A stretch of 64,000 nucleotides of DNA from Candidatus Scalinduaceae bacterium (lineage in GTDB: Bacteria > Planctomycetota > Brocadiia > Brocadiales > Scalinduaceae). The first letter of the stretch is position 1, and the number at the start of each line of letters is the position of its first letter. A program made the translations under genes and the position numbers. A model generated the notes under the pieces. The model made no database searches, was not told where the DNA came from, and saw only the letters and a program-made list of their open reading frames with translations. The stretch is taken from the NCBI GenBank assembly GCA_046759445.1, contig JBHICG010000009.1, positions 1-64,000 of the forward strand. Reading direction: 5' to 3'. This document shows positions 10,030 through 20,425 of this stretch, piece after piece.

Positions 10030-12069
10030 TTACTTAACCATATTCCTATACTTGCTCAATGCTAGAAGTGGAAAGTAACTCCTGTACATATGGTATCTAA
10101 GGTAAAAGACCCGTGGGAATCCTGTACCCGTAAATTCCTCTTCGTCCCATGTCCCATCTTCGTTTTGATTATTTAATAAATATTTTATACCTTTTTTTAC
10201 AGATTCGGAATCTCTTTCTTCTGTGCATAAGAGCCCCAATACCGCCCATGATGTTTGAGAGACCGTACTCTTCCCAATCGCCTTTAGAGACGGATTCCAA
10301 TAAGATTTGATTGTTTCTCCCCAACCACCATCCCTATTTTGTACGTTCTTTAACCATAGTGCCGCCTTTTTAACATATTCTTGAGACATATCTTCTTTAA
10401 TTGAATAAAGACCAGACAATACTGACCATGTACCATAAACGTAATTTACACCCCAGCGTCCAAACCAGGAACCATCTCCCTCCTGTTCATTTTTAAGAAA
10501 TTTAAGAGCTTTCTTTGCGGGAGAGTAACTCACATCATATCCCAGTTTTCCCATGAGGTCCAGTACACGCGCAGTAAGGTCACTGGTACTTGGATCAAGG
10601 AGAGCGTTCCAATCGGCAAAAGGAATTTGATTCAAAATGGCCTTGTTATTGTTTCTATTAAAAGAACCCCATCCCCCATCGTCACTCTGCATTCCTAAAA
10701 GCCACTTAAAACCTCTTAGCATTGCTTCCCTTTTTCCATCTCTGTCAGGCAAATCAATAAGCCATAAGGCCATCAAAACAACTGCCGAGTCGTCACTATC
10801 CGGATAGAACTCGTTAGCATGTTGGAAATACCATCCACTCGGTTCCTTAACAGGATTTTTGAAACTCCAATCCCCAAAACTCCTTGCCTCCTTCGATAAA
10901 AGCCATCGTCCAGCTTTAACCAGCGCAGGATGATCACTCGGCAGACCAGACTCTGAAAGCGCCAAAATTGTCAATGGTGTATCCCATACAGGTGATACAC
11001 AGGGCTGCATGTGCAATGTGTCTTTATCATGCACTTCAAGTTTTTCAATCTCTAACATGGCCTTTTTTAAAGCAGGATGTTCATCCTTATAACCAAGGCA
11101 TTTCATGGCTATTGCAGAATTAACCATACCAGGCCATATCGCACCCAGGCCTCCAGATTTTTCTAAACGCTGTAAAATCCACTTTTCTGCCTTTTCAACG
11201 GCAACTTTCCTTAAAGGCGTAAAAGGTTGCCTTTCATAACGTCTAAGGATTGTGTCTATATTTACAAAAACGTTCTTTATCGAGAACTTACCTTGATCTC
11301 TGGCCAGTCGATAACTCACCTTGTCCTTAGGTATTACATACAACTCATCCAGTGCCGCATTTCCACCAACATTACAACTTGGCTTCATTGCCATAATTAT
11401 ACCTAAAGGAACTACTATGCACCTTGACCAATAGGACATCTCATAAATGTTAAAATAAAACGAATTTGGTAGAAGAATTATTTCTATTGGCAATGCTGGT
11501 ATCCCTAGCCAATCAAATTGCCCGAAAATGGCGAGGTATATCTTTGTAAATGTATTTGATCTCATTATCCCACCCATTTTTAGAATACATTGCCTGGCTT
11601 TTCTCATAAATGGTTCTTCTTTTGAATAACCTGCTAATTTCAGGGCAAAATAGCATTTTACTGAAACGCTTATGTCACTGGGACCTTTATAGTAAATATT
11701 CCATCCGCCGTCCTTTTGTTGTGATTCTATTAGGTAATTGGCTGCCTTTTCTTGTTTTACAATATCAACACATTTCATAAAATTCACTAACATCATATAT
11801 TCGGCAGTTAATGCTATGTCACCCTCTAATTCACCAATCCAGAATCCCTCTCTCTTGTCCTGTTCTCTGAGTAAATTGTATTGTGTTTCTTTAATGGCCA
11901 AATCCAGTTTATTTCCCGAAGATAACTCATCTATTTTCTCTCTAAGTGTTCTTTCGAAACAAAGATGATCAGGAACAACTTCAGGTATATGACGTCCGTT
12001 TCTGCCATTCAAAAACTTATAGCTAACCTTATCTATCTTGTCGATAAATTCAAGCAATGGATTAATCAT
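10030..12069 (-). CDS. shc: Squalene-hopene cyclase
   Basis: YPDSDDSA (DxDD), multiple QxxDGxW repeats, GRWGVNY, FTGTGFPRVFYLRY. Confidence 0.97.
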   Translation of the reverse strand: MINPLLEFIDKIDKVSYKFLNGRNGRHIPEVVPDHLCFERTLREKIDELSSGNKLDLAIKETQYNLLREQDKREGFWIGELEGDIALTAEYMMLVNFMKCVDIVKQEKAANYLIESQQKDGGWNIYYKGPSDISVSVKCYFALKLAGYSKEEPFMRKARQCILKMGGIMRSNTFTKIYLAIFGQFDWLGIPALPIEIILLPNSFYFNIYEMSYWSRCIVVPLGIIMAMKPSCNVGGNAALDELYVIPKDKVSYRLARDQGKFSIKNVFVNIDTILRRYERQPFTPLRKVAVEKAEKWILQRLEKSGGLGAIWPGMVNSAIAMKCLGYKDEHPALKKAMLEIEKLEVHDKDTLHMQPCVSPVWDTPLTILALSESGLPSDHPALVKAGRWLLSKEARSFGDWSFKNPVKEPSGWYFQHANEFYPDSDDSAVVLMALWLIDLPDRDGKREAMLRGFKWLLGMQSDDGGWGSFNRNNNKAILNQIPFADWNALLDPSTSDLTARVLDLMGKLGYDVSYSPAKKALKFLKNEQEGDGSWFGRWGVNYVYGTWSVLSGLYSIKEDMSQEYVKKAALWLKNVQNRDGGWGETIKSYWNPSLKAIGKSTVSQTSWAVLGLLCTEERDSESVKKGIKYLLNNQNEDGTWDEEEFTGTGFPRVFYLRYHMYRSYFPLLALSKYRNMVK

Positions 12070-12396
12070 TTCACATATCTACCATTATATTCCAGGATTT
12101 AAAATATAATTTGTTAAAATCAAACGTTCAGGAATATATAATATTTTTGGAATATTTTCAAGTAAAATCTTTCGCATTACATTAAACATTTGTATTATAT
12201 CTTGACATAAGATTCAGCTTAATTACAATATGTAGTATGTTTATGTAAGAGTCTTCAATGATAATATTTGTGAAATTAGCTTAAAGATTTATTTTAATAT
12301 TTATTCTCTACTAACACCCTCACCGTTGGTGAGGATTTTGGCTAATAAACAATTGGAAATTTAAATAATGTTTAACTTAACCTATCAATAAATAAT

Positions 12397-13251
12397 ATGG
12401 GCAACTTAAAAACACATGATTTTAATTTAAAATATACGTTGGAAAGTGGACAAATTTTTAGAATTAAAAAAGTCGACGACTGGTATTATTTGAATGCACA
12501 AGATAAATTTATTAAGATTAAACAAATTAAAAATGAACTAGAATTTTATGGTGTTGGCAAAACATTTATCATTCGTTTTTTCTCCCTGAATGAAAATCTC
12601 CCAAAAATACTTAAGGAAATAAACAGAGACACACACATAGGAAAGGCAATTGCCAAATACCGAGGGCTGAGAATCATCAAGCAAGAACCCTGGGAATGCT
12701 TGATATCTTTTATGTGTTCTTCCGCGTCAAATATTCCAAGGATAAAATCAAAACTTAATGCACTATCAGAATATTTTGGCAAAAAGCTTTTATTCGATGG
12801 TCATAAAAGTTATACATTCCCATTACCTGGCAAAATTAATGACTTCAAGAAAATCATGGATGCAAAAACCGGGTTTCGTGCAGAATACATTTTTGAGGCA
12901 AATAATACTATAGATATTAAACAACTAAATTCATTAAGAACTAAATCATATGAATACGCAAATGACGAACTAAAGAAAATAAAAGGAATAGGAGACAAAG
13001 TAGCCGATTGCATTTTACTCTTCTCTCTTGGTTTCTATCAGGCATTTCCAGTAGATACCTGGATAAAGAAAATAATACAATTGTTGTATTTTAACAATAA
13101 TATTGTGCCAAACAATAAAATCAGAGAATTCGGAATGGATTATTTTGGTAGACATGCTGGCTATGCCCAACAATATTTATATTTATATTCCAGGAATATT
13201 AAAAGAGATGATTATCAGGAATTCATTTCTAACAAAACGAAATATACTTGA
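12397..13251 (+). CDS. 8-oxoguanine DNA glycosylase/AP lyase (OGG1-like, HhH-GPD)
   Basis: TLESGQIF, KGIGDKVADC, FPVDTW and AGYAQQYL motifs. Confidence 0.9.
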   Translation: MGNLKTHDFNLKYTLESGQIFRIKKVDDWYYLNAQDKFIKIKQIKNELEFYGVGKTFIIRFFSLNENLPKILKEINRDTHIGKAIAKYRGLRIIKQEPWECLISFMCSSASNIPRIKSKLNALSEYFGKKLLFDGHKSYTFPLPGKINDFKKIMDAKTGFRAEYIFEANNTIDIKQLNSLRTKSYEYANDELKKIKGIGDKVADCILLFSLGFYQAFPVDTWIKKIIQLLYFNNNIVPNNKIREFGMDYFGRHAGYAQQYLYLYSRNIKRDDYQEFISNKTKYT

Positions 13252-13358
13252 CTTTTAAAGGTTAGCTGAAAAAGTCTTTATGCAAATATAACAGATATAA
13301 GAACTACTTTGAATGACATAATGCATGGTATTAATATATTGAATGTAAAAAACAAGAC

Positions 13359-14825
13359 ATGAATGAAAAGTTAATATTTGAAAAGACATCACCAGGGCGT
13401 ACGGCATATTCTTTACCTGATTGTGATGTTCCCGCAAAACCAATTGAAGAACTTATACCCAAACGGCTTTTAAGAAAAAAAATAGCCGAACTACCTGAAT
13501 TAACTGAGATTGACGTTACAAGACATTTTACAAGGTTATCTCAGCTAAACTTTAGTATAGACACCAATTTTTATCCGCTTGGTTCATGTACGATGAAATA
13601 CAATCCAAAGGTTAATGAAGACATTAGTAAGTACGACGGATTTACCAACCTACACCCTTATCAAAACCAAGAACAATGCCAGGGAATTCTTCACATTCTA
13701 CACAAAACTGAAAAGTCTCTTACCGAAATATGTGGTATGGATGCATTCACTCTGCAACCTTCTGCCGGCGCACACGGTGAACTAGCGGGTATGTTAATAT
13801 CTCGGGCTTACCATCTGAAAAATGGCAGGATGAGGAAAAAAATAATCATTCCAGACTCTGCACACGGAACAAATCCTGCATCGGCAGCAATGTGTGGCTT
13901 TGATGTTGAAGTTGTAAAATCAAACAGGCATGGTCTCATTGACACAGAAGCATTAAAGGAGATCATTGATGATGATGTTGCTGCATTGATGCTAACCAAT
14001 CCAAATACTCTCGGTTTATTTGAAAAAGACATCATAAAAATTGCCGAAATTGTACATAACGTAGACGCGTTACTGTACATGGATGGTGCAAACATGAATG
14101 CTCTTATTGGAATTACAAGACCTGGAGATATGGGGGTAGATATATTACACCTTAATCTTCACAAGACCTTTTCCACTCCACATGGTGGAGGAGGTCCTGG
14201 CTCAGGTCCATTAGGAGTAGTAAAAAAACTTATACCTTTTCTACCAATTCCAAGGATTGTGATAGTTGATGGTTCATATAAATGGCAATACAACTTTCCT
14301 GAATCAATAGGACAAGTAAAGGCTTTTTATGGTAATGTAGGCGTTATCATAAAAGCATATGCATTCTTACTTTCAGTTGGGAATGAAGGGCTTAGGAGGA
14401 TTGGAGAAAACGCAATTATCAACGCCAATTATCTCCTAAAGAGACTCTCCCGTCATATTGAAATACCTTATGGAGAAAGGTGTATGCATGAGTTTGTAGC
14501 ATCTACAAAGAAAGTAGATGGTGTTACGACACCGGATTTTGCTAAGAGACTTCTGGACTATGGATTCCATGCACCAACTATATATTTTCCATTGATAGTA
14601 GAAGAAGCTCTCATGATTGAACCAACGGAAACAGAAACAAAAGAAACATTAGACGAATTCGTAGAAGCTATGATCAAAATCCTGGAAGAATCCGTAAATG
14701 ACCAGGAATTGTTAAAGAACGCCCCACATACAACACCAGTATCAAGGATTAACGAAGTGCAAGCCGCCAGAAAACCAAATTTAAAATGGCAAAAAAACAA
14801 AGGAGATAACGCACCGTCTAAATAA
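13359..14825 (+). CDS. gcvPB: Glycine dehydrogenase (decarboxylating) subunit 2
   Basis: YPLGSCTMKYNP, PDSAHGTNPAS and NLHKTFSTPHGGGGPG motifs. Confidence 0.96.
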   Translation: MNEKLIFEKTSPGRTAYSLPDCDVPAKPIEELIPKRLLRKKIAELPELTEIDVTRHFTRLSQLNFSIDTNFYPLGSCTMKYNPKVNEDISKYDGFTNLHPYQNQEQCQGILHILHKTEKSLTEICGMDAFTLQPSAGAHGELAGMLISRAYHLKNGRMRKKIIIPDSAHGTNPASAAMCGFDVEVVKSNRHGLIDTEALKEIIDDDVAALMLTNPNTLGLFEKDIIKIAEIVHNVDALLYMDGANMNALIGITRPGDMGVDILHLNLHKTFSTPHGGGGPGSGPLGVVKKLIPFLPIPRIVIVDGSYKWQYNFPESIGQVKAFYGNVGVIIKAYAFLLSVGNEGLRRIGENAIINANYLLKRLSRHIEIPYGERCMHEFVASTKKVDGVTTPDFAKRLLDYGFHAPTIYFPLIVEEALMIEPTETETKETLDEFVEAMIKILEESVNDQELLKNAPHTTPVSRINEVQAARKPNLKWQKNKGDNAPSK

Positions 14826-14898
14826 TCAGTTAAAACGTGTATTTAGGATTAATGCAATTAACTTCATTTTTTTGCATTTCCAGGACAATTCCTACCAC

Positions 14899-15978
14899 CT
14901 ATCGGTTAAAGCGTACCACTACCACATCTCCATCCCGTACTTCGTATGTCTTGCCCTCTATGCGTTGTTTGCCTGCCTTGGCCGCAGCGGCTTCACTGCC
15001 GAGTTCAACCAAATCATCGTAGGTAATTACCTCCATCCTGATAAACCCCTTTTCCATATCCGTATGTATCTTACCAGCAGCTGTAGGTGCCTTGTCACCT
15101 TTATGGCAAGTCCAAACGTGGACTTCCTTTTCTCCAGCAGTAAAGAAGTTAACCAAGCCCAATATCAGATTTGCTGAACAGAGCAACCGTTCCATTGACG
15201 ATTCCGCTAAGCCAAGATCCTTCAGAAAAACCTGCTGGTCCTCCGGTTCGAGCTGACTAATCTCAGCTTCATCCCTACCACACACTGTTACCATCTCGGA
15301 ACCTTCGGCGTCAGCGATTGACTGGAGCACCTTCACATAACGATTGTTGGCATCATCTATGGATTTTATATTAGCAATGTAAAGCACTGGCTTAAAGGAT
15401 AATAGATTACACTCGAGTACACTTGACAATTCATGTTCATTCATGCCCTGTTTGCGTGCGGGTATTCCTTCTTCGAGGTTAGCTCTTATCTTTTCACAGT
15501 CAGTCACCTCACGGGCAACATTTTTATCGCCTTTGCGTGCCTTTTTAGTCAACCTGTTTATTTTATTCTGCAGGGTTTGACTATCAGCAACTATTAGTTC
15601 TAAATCCATAGTCTCAACATCACGCACAGGGTCTATGGTATCGTATTCAAACGGAACGTTATCGTCCTTGAAGCATCGTACAACGTGCAATAATGCTTCG
15701 ACGTCTTTGATATGACCCAGCAGTTTGGTACCATGCCCTTCCCCTGCGGTCGAACCAGCTTTGAGACCTGGAATATCTACAACTTCAAGAGTTGCAGGAA
15801 CCACTTTTGGGGGGTTGTATATCTTTACCAGTGCCTGTATGCGAGGATCTGGTACGTTGACGATAGCACGGTTCATCTCTGTACCATCATAACTTGCAGC
15901 CCCAGCGGCGGTGATTGCATTTAAGATAGTAGTTTTACCACAACTGGGAAGACCCACCAAGCCACAACTCAGCCCCAT
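14899..15978 (-). CDS. ychF: YchF/OLA1-family ATPase, atypical paralog
   Basis: GLVGLPSCGKT, HVVRCF, AAGKIHTD, GFIRMEV and TGS C-terminus; switch I is divergent. Confidence 0.85.
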   Translation of the reverse strand: MGLSCGLVGLPSCGKTTILNAITAAGAASYDGTEMNRAIVNVPDPRIQALVKIYNPPKVVPATLEVVDIPGLKAGSTAGEGHGTKLLGHIKDVEALLHVVRCFKDDNVPFEYDTIDPVRDVETMDLELIVADSQTLQNKINRLTKKARKGDKNVAREVTDCEKIRANLEEGIPARKQGMNEHELSSVLECNLLSFKPVLYIANIKSIDDANNRYVKVLQSIADAEGSEMVTVCGRDEAEISQLEPEDQQVFLKDLGLAESSMERLLCSANLILGLVNFFTAGEKEVHVWTCHKGDKAPTAAGKIHTDMEKGFIRMEVITYDDLVELGSEAAAAKAGKQRIEGKTYEVRDGDVVVVRFNR

Positions 15979-16071
15979 AATAATATCCCTTCTAAAAAGC
16001 CCGGGTAAATAATCTCTTTATTTAGCCCTTCCGGTTTTATGAAACTAAAAAATTTCCAAAAATACTAGCAC

Positions 16072-16677
16072 TCATAATGCCTCCTGGAGTGCACGATACG
16101 ATTCCAATAGTAAAAGCTCTACTTTGTCCCAGTCGCATAACTTGCCACCCTTGTCACGTATATGAGCCGCTTTTGCTCGTAGAAGTCCAGCCTTCTCATA
16201 ATCCTGTTGACTCTTACCAAAAAGTAAAGCGTAAAGCCTCGCAATCCTTCTCCCAACCTCCTCAGGGCTATCAATTCCAGGAGTACGACGGGCTACCCAC
16301 CAATCTAGTTCAGCATAAGCAGCTTCCTTCGGGTTGAAGGATACTCCCCATATCTTCTTAAGTCGTGTGTATGCCAATTCAAGATCTGGGATCACCATAG
16401 TTTTATAGTTGCTTTTAATCTTTTCAAACTTCATGGTTGCACGTGCGAGAGGTTCTCCAACATCCATCGCTTCCAATAGAGATATATTAAATTGGCTACG
16501 CAGGAGTTTTACCAATTCCTGCCAAAGAGCTCTGTGATTATCTGCGTAATAAGCCTTCCACATGCGAACTTCAGCAGTAGCAACTCTATCAGGATCAATA
16601 GAGAGGCTTGTTAACCATACTGTTTATGCTAAAAACAAGCTCAGCAACATCCCACTCACTGAAATTATCCTTTTCAT
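16072..16677 (-). pseudogene. Hypothetical exported/membrane protein with in-frame stop near the N-terminus
   Basis: ATG 16677 reads MKRIISVSGMLLSLFLA*TVWLTSLSIDPDRVATAEVRMWKAYY; TAA at 16624-16626 is in frame with the 163-aa ORF. Confidence 0.6.
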
Positions 16678-16812
16678 AACATTTAGATTATCCCATACTT
16701 TAAGTCTATACATGTGTCTATTTATTCTTTTATTCTTTTATTTTTTTATTTTTTTATGTATAAGATTCCCATATATCACGTAAATATGTATTCAGCAATT
16801 AATGTTTTATAT

Positions 16813-16982
16813 AATTAGTTTCTGTTGCGGAAAGCTTATATTGTCACCCTGAACTCGTTTCAGGGTCTCTTAACACATTGATATATATAGATTCTGACCC
16901 CCATAGCTTCCTTGCGTAAGCTAGGAATGGGGGCAGAATGACATCTTTTTTATATTTAAGCTTTCCACAACAGATACTAATT
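16813..16982. mobile_element. MITE-like element (~170 bp) with 26-bp terminal inverted repeats and internal REP doublet
   Basis: AATTAGTTTCTGTTGCGGAAAGCTTA / TAAGCTTTCCACAACAGATACTAATT (24/26); internal GTCACCCTGAACTCGTTTCAGGGTCT ... AGATTCTGA[hairpin]CAGAATGAC. Confidence 0.7.
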
Positions 16983-17007
16983 GAATTTTGGGTAAGCTTT
17001 TTCTGCA

Positions 17008-17415
17008 TTAAGCCTCTGTCTTTTTCTTAAAAAACAACCATTGCTTCTCGCCAGCTTTTGGAAACCTTACCAGACAGAAGTTACCTTTGAGTTTCTTACC
17101 CTTAATCGCAAATATAATCTTATTCTTCGAACGTTCTGTCAAATCGAATGTCCCGTTATCCCATATATTGACCTGGCCTGCACCATAATGTCCTTCTTCA
17201 ATCTCGCCTTCAAAGTCAACGTAATCTATGTCATGGTCTTCTACCTGTATAGCAAGATATTTCTTTCCCGGAATCTTGCCAGGTTCCTTTGGGATTGCCC
17301 AGCTTTTCAGTACTCCATCCAGTTCTAACCTAAGATCCCAGTGAAGGTGTCTGGCATGGTGTTCCTGAATGACAAATCTATTCAACCCTGTGAATTTATT
17401 CTCTTCTGCTTTCAT
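17008..17415 (-). CDS. Stand-alone LigD 3'-phosphoesterase domain protein
   Basis: FVIQEHHARHLHWDLRLE, SWAIPK, LAIQVEDH, YGAGQVNIWD motifs. Confidence 0.92.
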   Translation of the reverse strand: MKAEENKFTGLNRFVIQEHHARHLHWDLRLELDGVLKSWAIPKEPGKIPGKKYLAIQVEDHDIDYVDFEGEIEEGHYGAGQVNIWDNGTFDLTERSKNKIIFAIKGKKLKGNFCLVRFPKAGEKQWLFFKKKTEA

Positions 17416-17479
17416 TAAAATAGAATATAATGCTTAGGACATATTTCAGATTTGCATATTAGAAATAGTTTACGCTATA

Positions 17480-17911
17480 ATGAAGTTAATAATGAACGCC
17501 CACCATGAAAACAATTCGGATATAGTTGCAATATATAACAAGCTCGATATAGCACTTTCTAAAATTAATCCAGGTTGCCATTCATGCGGTACATGCTGTC
17601 ATTTTGATATATTTGGTCACGAATTATATGCATCAACAATTGAGGCAAACTATATCTTAAGAAACGTTGATGTACCACCTTTTGATACTGACCAGAGTAC
17701 GTGTCCTTTCCTCATAAACAAGAAGTGTACCATTAGAGAATATAGAACACTTGGATGCCGAGTATTCTTCTGCAATCCCCAATATAAAGAAACTTCGCAG
17801 GATATATATAATAAATACTATAAAATGATCAAAGATATAGCAATTAGAAATCAAATCGAGTGGCATTATGCACCTATGTTGAAATTGCTTACTACACAAA
17901 CGATATTATAG
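17480..17911 (+). CDS. YkgJ-like CxxCxxCC Zn/Fe-S cluster protein
   Basis: CHSCGTCC, CPFL, CTIREYRTLGCR motifs. Confidence 0.8.
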   Translation: MKLIMNAHHENNSDIVAIYNKLDIALSKINPGCHSCGTCCHFDIFGHELYASTIEANYILRNVDVPPFDTDQSTCPFLINKKCTIREYRTLGCRVFFCNPQYKETSQDIYNKYYKMIKDIAIRNQIEWHYAPMLKLLTTQTIL

Positions 17912-18003
17912 TAAAGAAATCGCTGTAGCAAAGCTATGAATCGGGTGAAAAGTCATTTCCACAATCACTTCTCCACCATTTGTTTATCATTTGTGTCTGA
18001 GAT

Positions 18004-19206
18004 TCAGTAAGGGGTGAATTCCTTCCCTAAAATTTCTCTGCTAATTATCATCTTCATGATGTTCTGAGCCCCTTCTGCCCCGATTATATAAGAGGCTACA
18101 CCCCTTAAACCCTTTTCAAGACCGGCTTCTTTGGTATATCCATATGCTCCATACCATATTAATACATCCTTTATAATATCAAAGGCCATTGTAGGCGCAA
18201 TAAGTTTGGCTGAAGCCACGGCTTTATTTATGTCTTTGTGGCTGAACCCGTTTTTTTTGGCGTACATCTGATCAAGCATCCACGCTGCTTTATAAACAAG
18301 CAATCTTGCGGATTCAAGTCTTGTATAATTCTCCGCCAGTTGAAATTGTATTCCTTCATATTTAGCGAGAGAAACGCCGAATGCTCGTCTTTCTTTTAAA
18401 TACTCCACTCCAGATTCTAAGGCTTTTTCGGCAGCGCCAATACATGCTGCAGATACCAGCGTCCTTGCACAATTAAAACCTTCCATGGCATAGTAAAAAC
18501 CACAGTTCCATTCCCCTATGAGGTAATGCGCGGGTATCGCCACATCTTTTATATTTATGGTGCCAGTAGATATTCCCTCTCTACCCATCTGCTTAAAGAT
18601 ACTGATAGTTACTCCTGTAATATCTTTTACGGGAAGGTAGCAAAGCGATATGCCTTTATGTTTGAGTTTCATATCTGTTTTTACGATTGTAACAAAACCT
18701 CCTCTATATTTTGCTGCTTCCCTGACACCGCTTATAAAGGTCTTTGCTCCATTTAGTATCAGTTTCTCATTCCTTCTCTCCATTTTAGTAGATACAGATG
18801 CAATATCAGAACCCCCGGATGCCTCAGTAGAAGCTATACCCAGAAACATTTCTCCTTTTGTTACGTCGGGGAGAATTTCATCTTTGACTCTCTTGTTTCC
18901 ATATCTATCCATCAGGAAACCCCAACCAGCTTCTACCAGATAATAAACAGCAGTGGCCATGCTCACATCTGCCCTGGCTATTTCCTCGGCTGCTATTGCT
19001 GCTGTAATAAAGTCTGCTCCTGCTCCACCATACTCCTCCGAAATAGTTATGCCAAGAAGTCCTAAAGCTGCCATATCCTCCAGAACCTCATGAGGAATTT
19101 CTCCTTTCTCATCGATTACGCCAGCCTTTGGAGCAAGCTTTTTTTCACAAAATTCTCTCACTGACTTTCTAAATAATTCTTGTTCTTCAGTAAAGGAAAA
19201 ATCCAC
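18004..19206 (-). CDS. Acyl-CoA dehydrogenase
   Basis: FTEEQE, EEYGG, TEASGGSD, LNGAKTFIS, RRAFG and GAYGY motifs. Confidence 0.92.
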   Translation of the reverse strand: MDFSFTEEQELFRKSVREFCEKKLAPKAGVIDEKGEIPHEVLEDMAALGLLGITISEEYGGAGADFITAAIAAEEIARADVSMATAVYYLVEAGWGFLMDRYGNKRVKDEILPDVTKGEMFLGIASTEASGGSDIASVSTKMERRNEKLILNGAKTFISGVREAAKYRGGFVTIVKTDMKLKHKGISLCYLPVKDITGVTISIFKQMGREGISTGTINIKDVAIPAHYLIGEWNCGFYYAMEGFNCARTLVSAACIGAAEKALESGVEYLKERRAFGVSLAKYEGIQFQLAENYTRLESARLLVYKAAWMLDQMYAKKNGFSHKDINKAVASAKLIAPTMAFDIIKDVLIWYGAYGYTKEAGLEKGLRGVASYIIGAEGAQNIMKMIISREILGKEFTPY

Positions 19207-19512
19207 AGTTATCCCTCCTTGACTTAAAGTGTTACTCTGAAAAATTATATATGGTATTATGCATCCACGAAGACATTACTGCCACCTAGATGCTGTTGTT
19301 GGCTGAGGTCTTAAAGTCTTCATATTTGAGCTCTTTACCTTCCGACCCTTAATATATTCCATGATAGCCTCTCGTATGCCTACTATTCAACCCTAAATAG
19401 TTTATAGATGATTGGGAATAATTTGGCTTGTACTTTATTATGAATGAAAAAATTATCAGATTTGAAACTAATTGAAAGGTGTGTATTCTCAAGCGAAAGC
19501 CTGTTTTCTAAC

Positions 19513-19605
19513 TGGCGGAGAGGCCGGGATTCGAACCCGGGGTCCCACTAACAGCAGGACAATGGGTTAGCAACCCACCGCTTTCAACCACTCAGCCACC
19601 TCTCC
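19513..19605 (-). tRNA. tRNA-Ser (GCT)
   Basis: GGAGAGGTGGCTGAGTGG..., anticodon arm GTGGG-TT-GCT-AA-CCCAT, long variable arm, GGTTCGAATCC, CCA end. Confidence 0.96.
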
Positions 19606-19661
19606 TAACGATGTCAGTTTTTGACTTGCTCTTATTAAATTGATATGCTTAGAATTTTTTA

Positions 19662-19753
19662 TGGCGGAGGGAGTAGGATTCGAACCCACGGTCCCGATTC
19701 CTCAGGACTGCAGTTTTCAAGACTGCCGCCTTCAACCACTCGGCCATCCCTCC
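19662..19753 (-). tRNA. tRNA-Ser (TGA)
   Basis: GGAGGGATGGCCGAGTGG..., anticodon arm GCAGT-CT-TGA-AA-ACTGC, long variable arm, GGTTCGAATCC, CCA end. Confidence 0.96.
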
Positions 19754-19807
19754 TGATAACTTCTACCAAGATTTACCGATTAAGTTGTAGTTATATAGCC
19801 CAAGCTA

Positions 19808-20233
19808 TTATAAGTTATCCAATTTACATACTTCTTCAAGAACCTTTTTGGCCACATATATTGGTGTGTTCCTTTGCATAGCCAATGCGATAGCATCGCT
19901 TGGTCTTGAGTCAACCTCTAAATTATTACCATTTTGATTTATGATTATTTTGGCATAAAAAGTATTATTTCTTAAATCACTTATTTCAACCCTTTCAATC
20001 CCACTACTCAGTTGCGTTATTATGTTTGCAAGCAAGTCATGCGTGAGCGGTCTTGGCGTTGGAATTCCTTTCACAGCTCTATCAATTGCCCATACTTCAT
20101 GCAAACCTATGACAATTGGAAAACTCCTTTGGCCTTCCTTTTCTTTAAGGATAATTATCTGATGGTCGCTTGTTTCTGAAATCATTATCCTGGATAACTC
20201 CATGTGTATTAACATTCTATTCCCCTCTAACAC
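19808..20233 (-). CDS. Bifunctional nuclease family protein (DUF151)
   Basis: FPIVIG, PRPLTHDL, FYAKI and DSRPSDAIALA motifs. Confidence 0.92.
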   Translation of the reverse strand: MLEGNRMLIHMELSRIMISETSDHQIIILKEKEGQRSFPIVIGLHEVWAIDRAVKGIPTPRPLTHDLLANIITQLSSGIERVEISDLRNNTFYAKIIINQNGNNLEVDSRPSDAIALAMQRNTPIYVAKKVLEEVCKLDNL

Positions 20234-20425
20234 ATATTTTTAATTCTGAAAAAATTCTAACATACACAGTGCCTTTGTCAACATTATTTTCAAGTACAGC
20301 AAAGTAAAACTTATTGACACTATATATATCGACTGCTATACTCAAAAAGCTTTCTTTTAAACAAAAGAATTTCTTCTAAGTAATAAACAGAATACAGATT
20401 ACGTAAATATTTTTTTTATTTAAGT

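Noticed and set aside
9998..10030. Degenerate 7-mer tandem (AATCTAC/AATCTAA/AATCATC/AATCGAA)
   Set aside because: Only four imperfect units; no functional inference possible
19645..19881. 78-aa ORF
   Set aside because: Lies antisense over tRNA-Ser(TGA)
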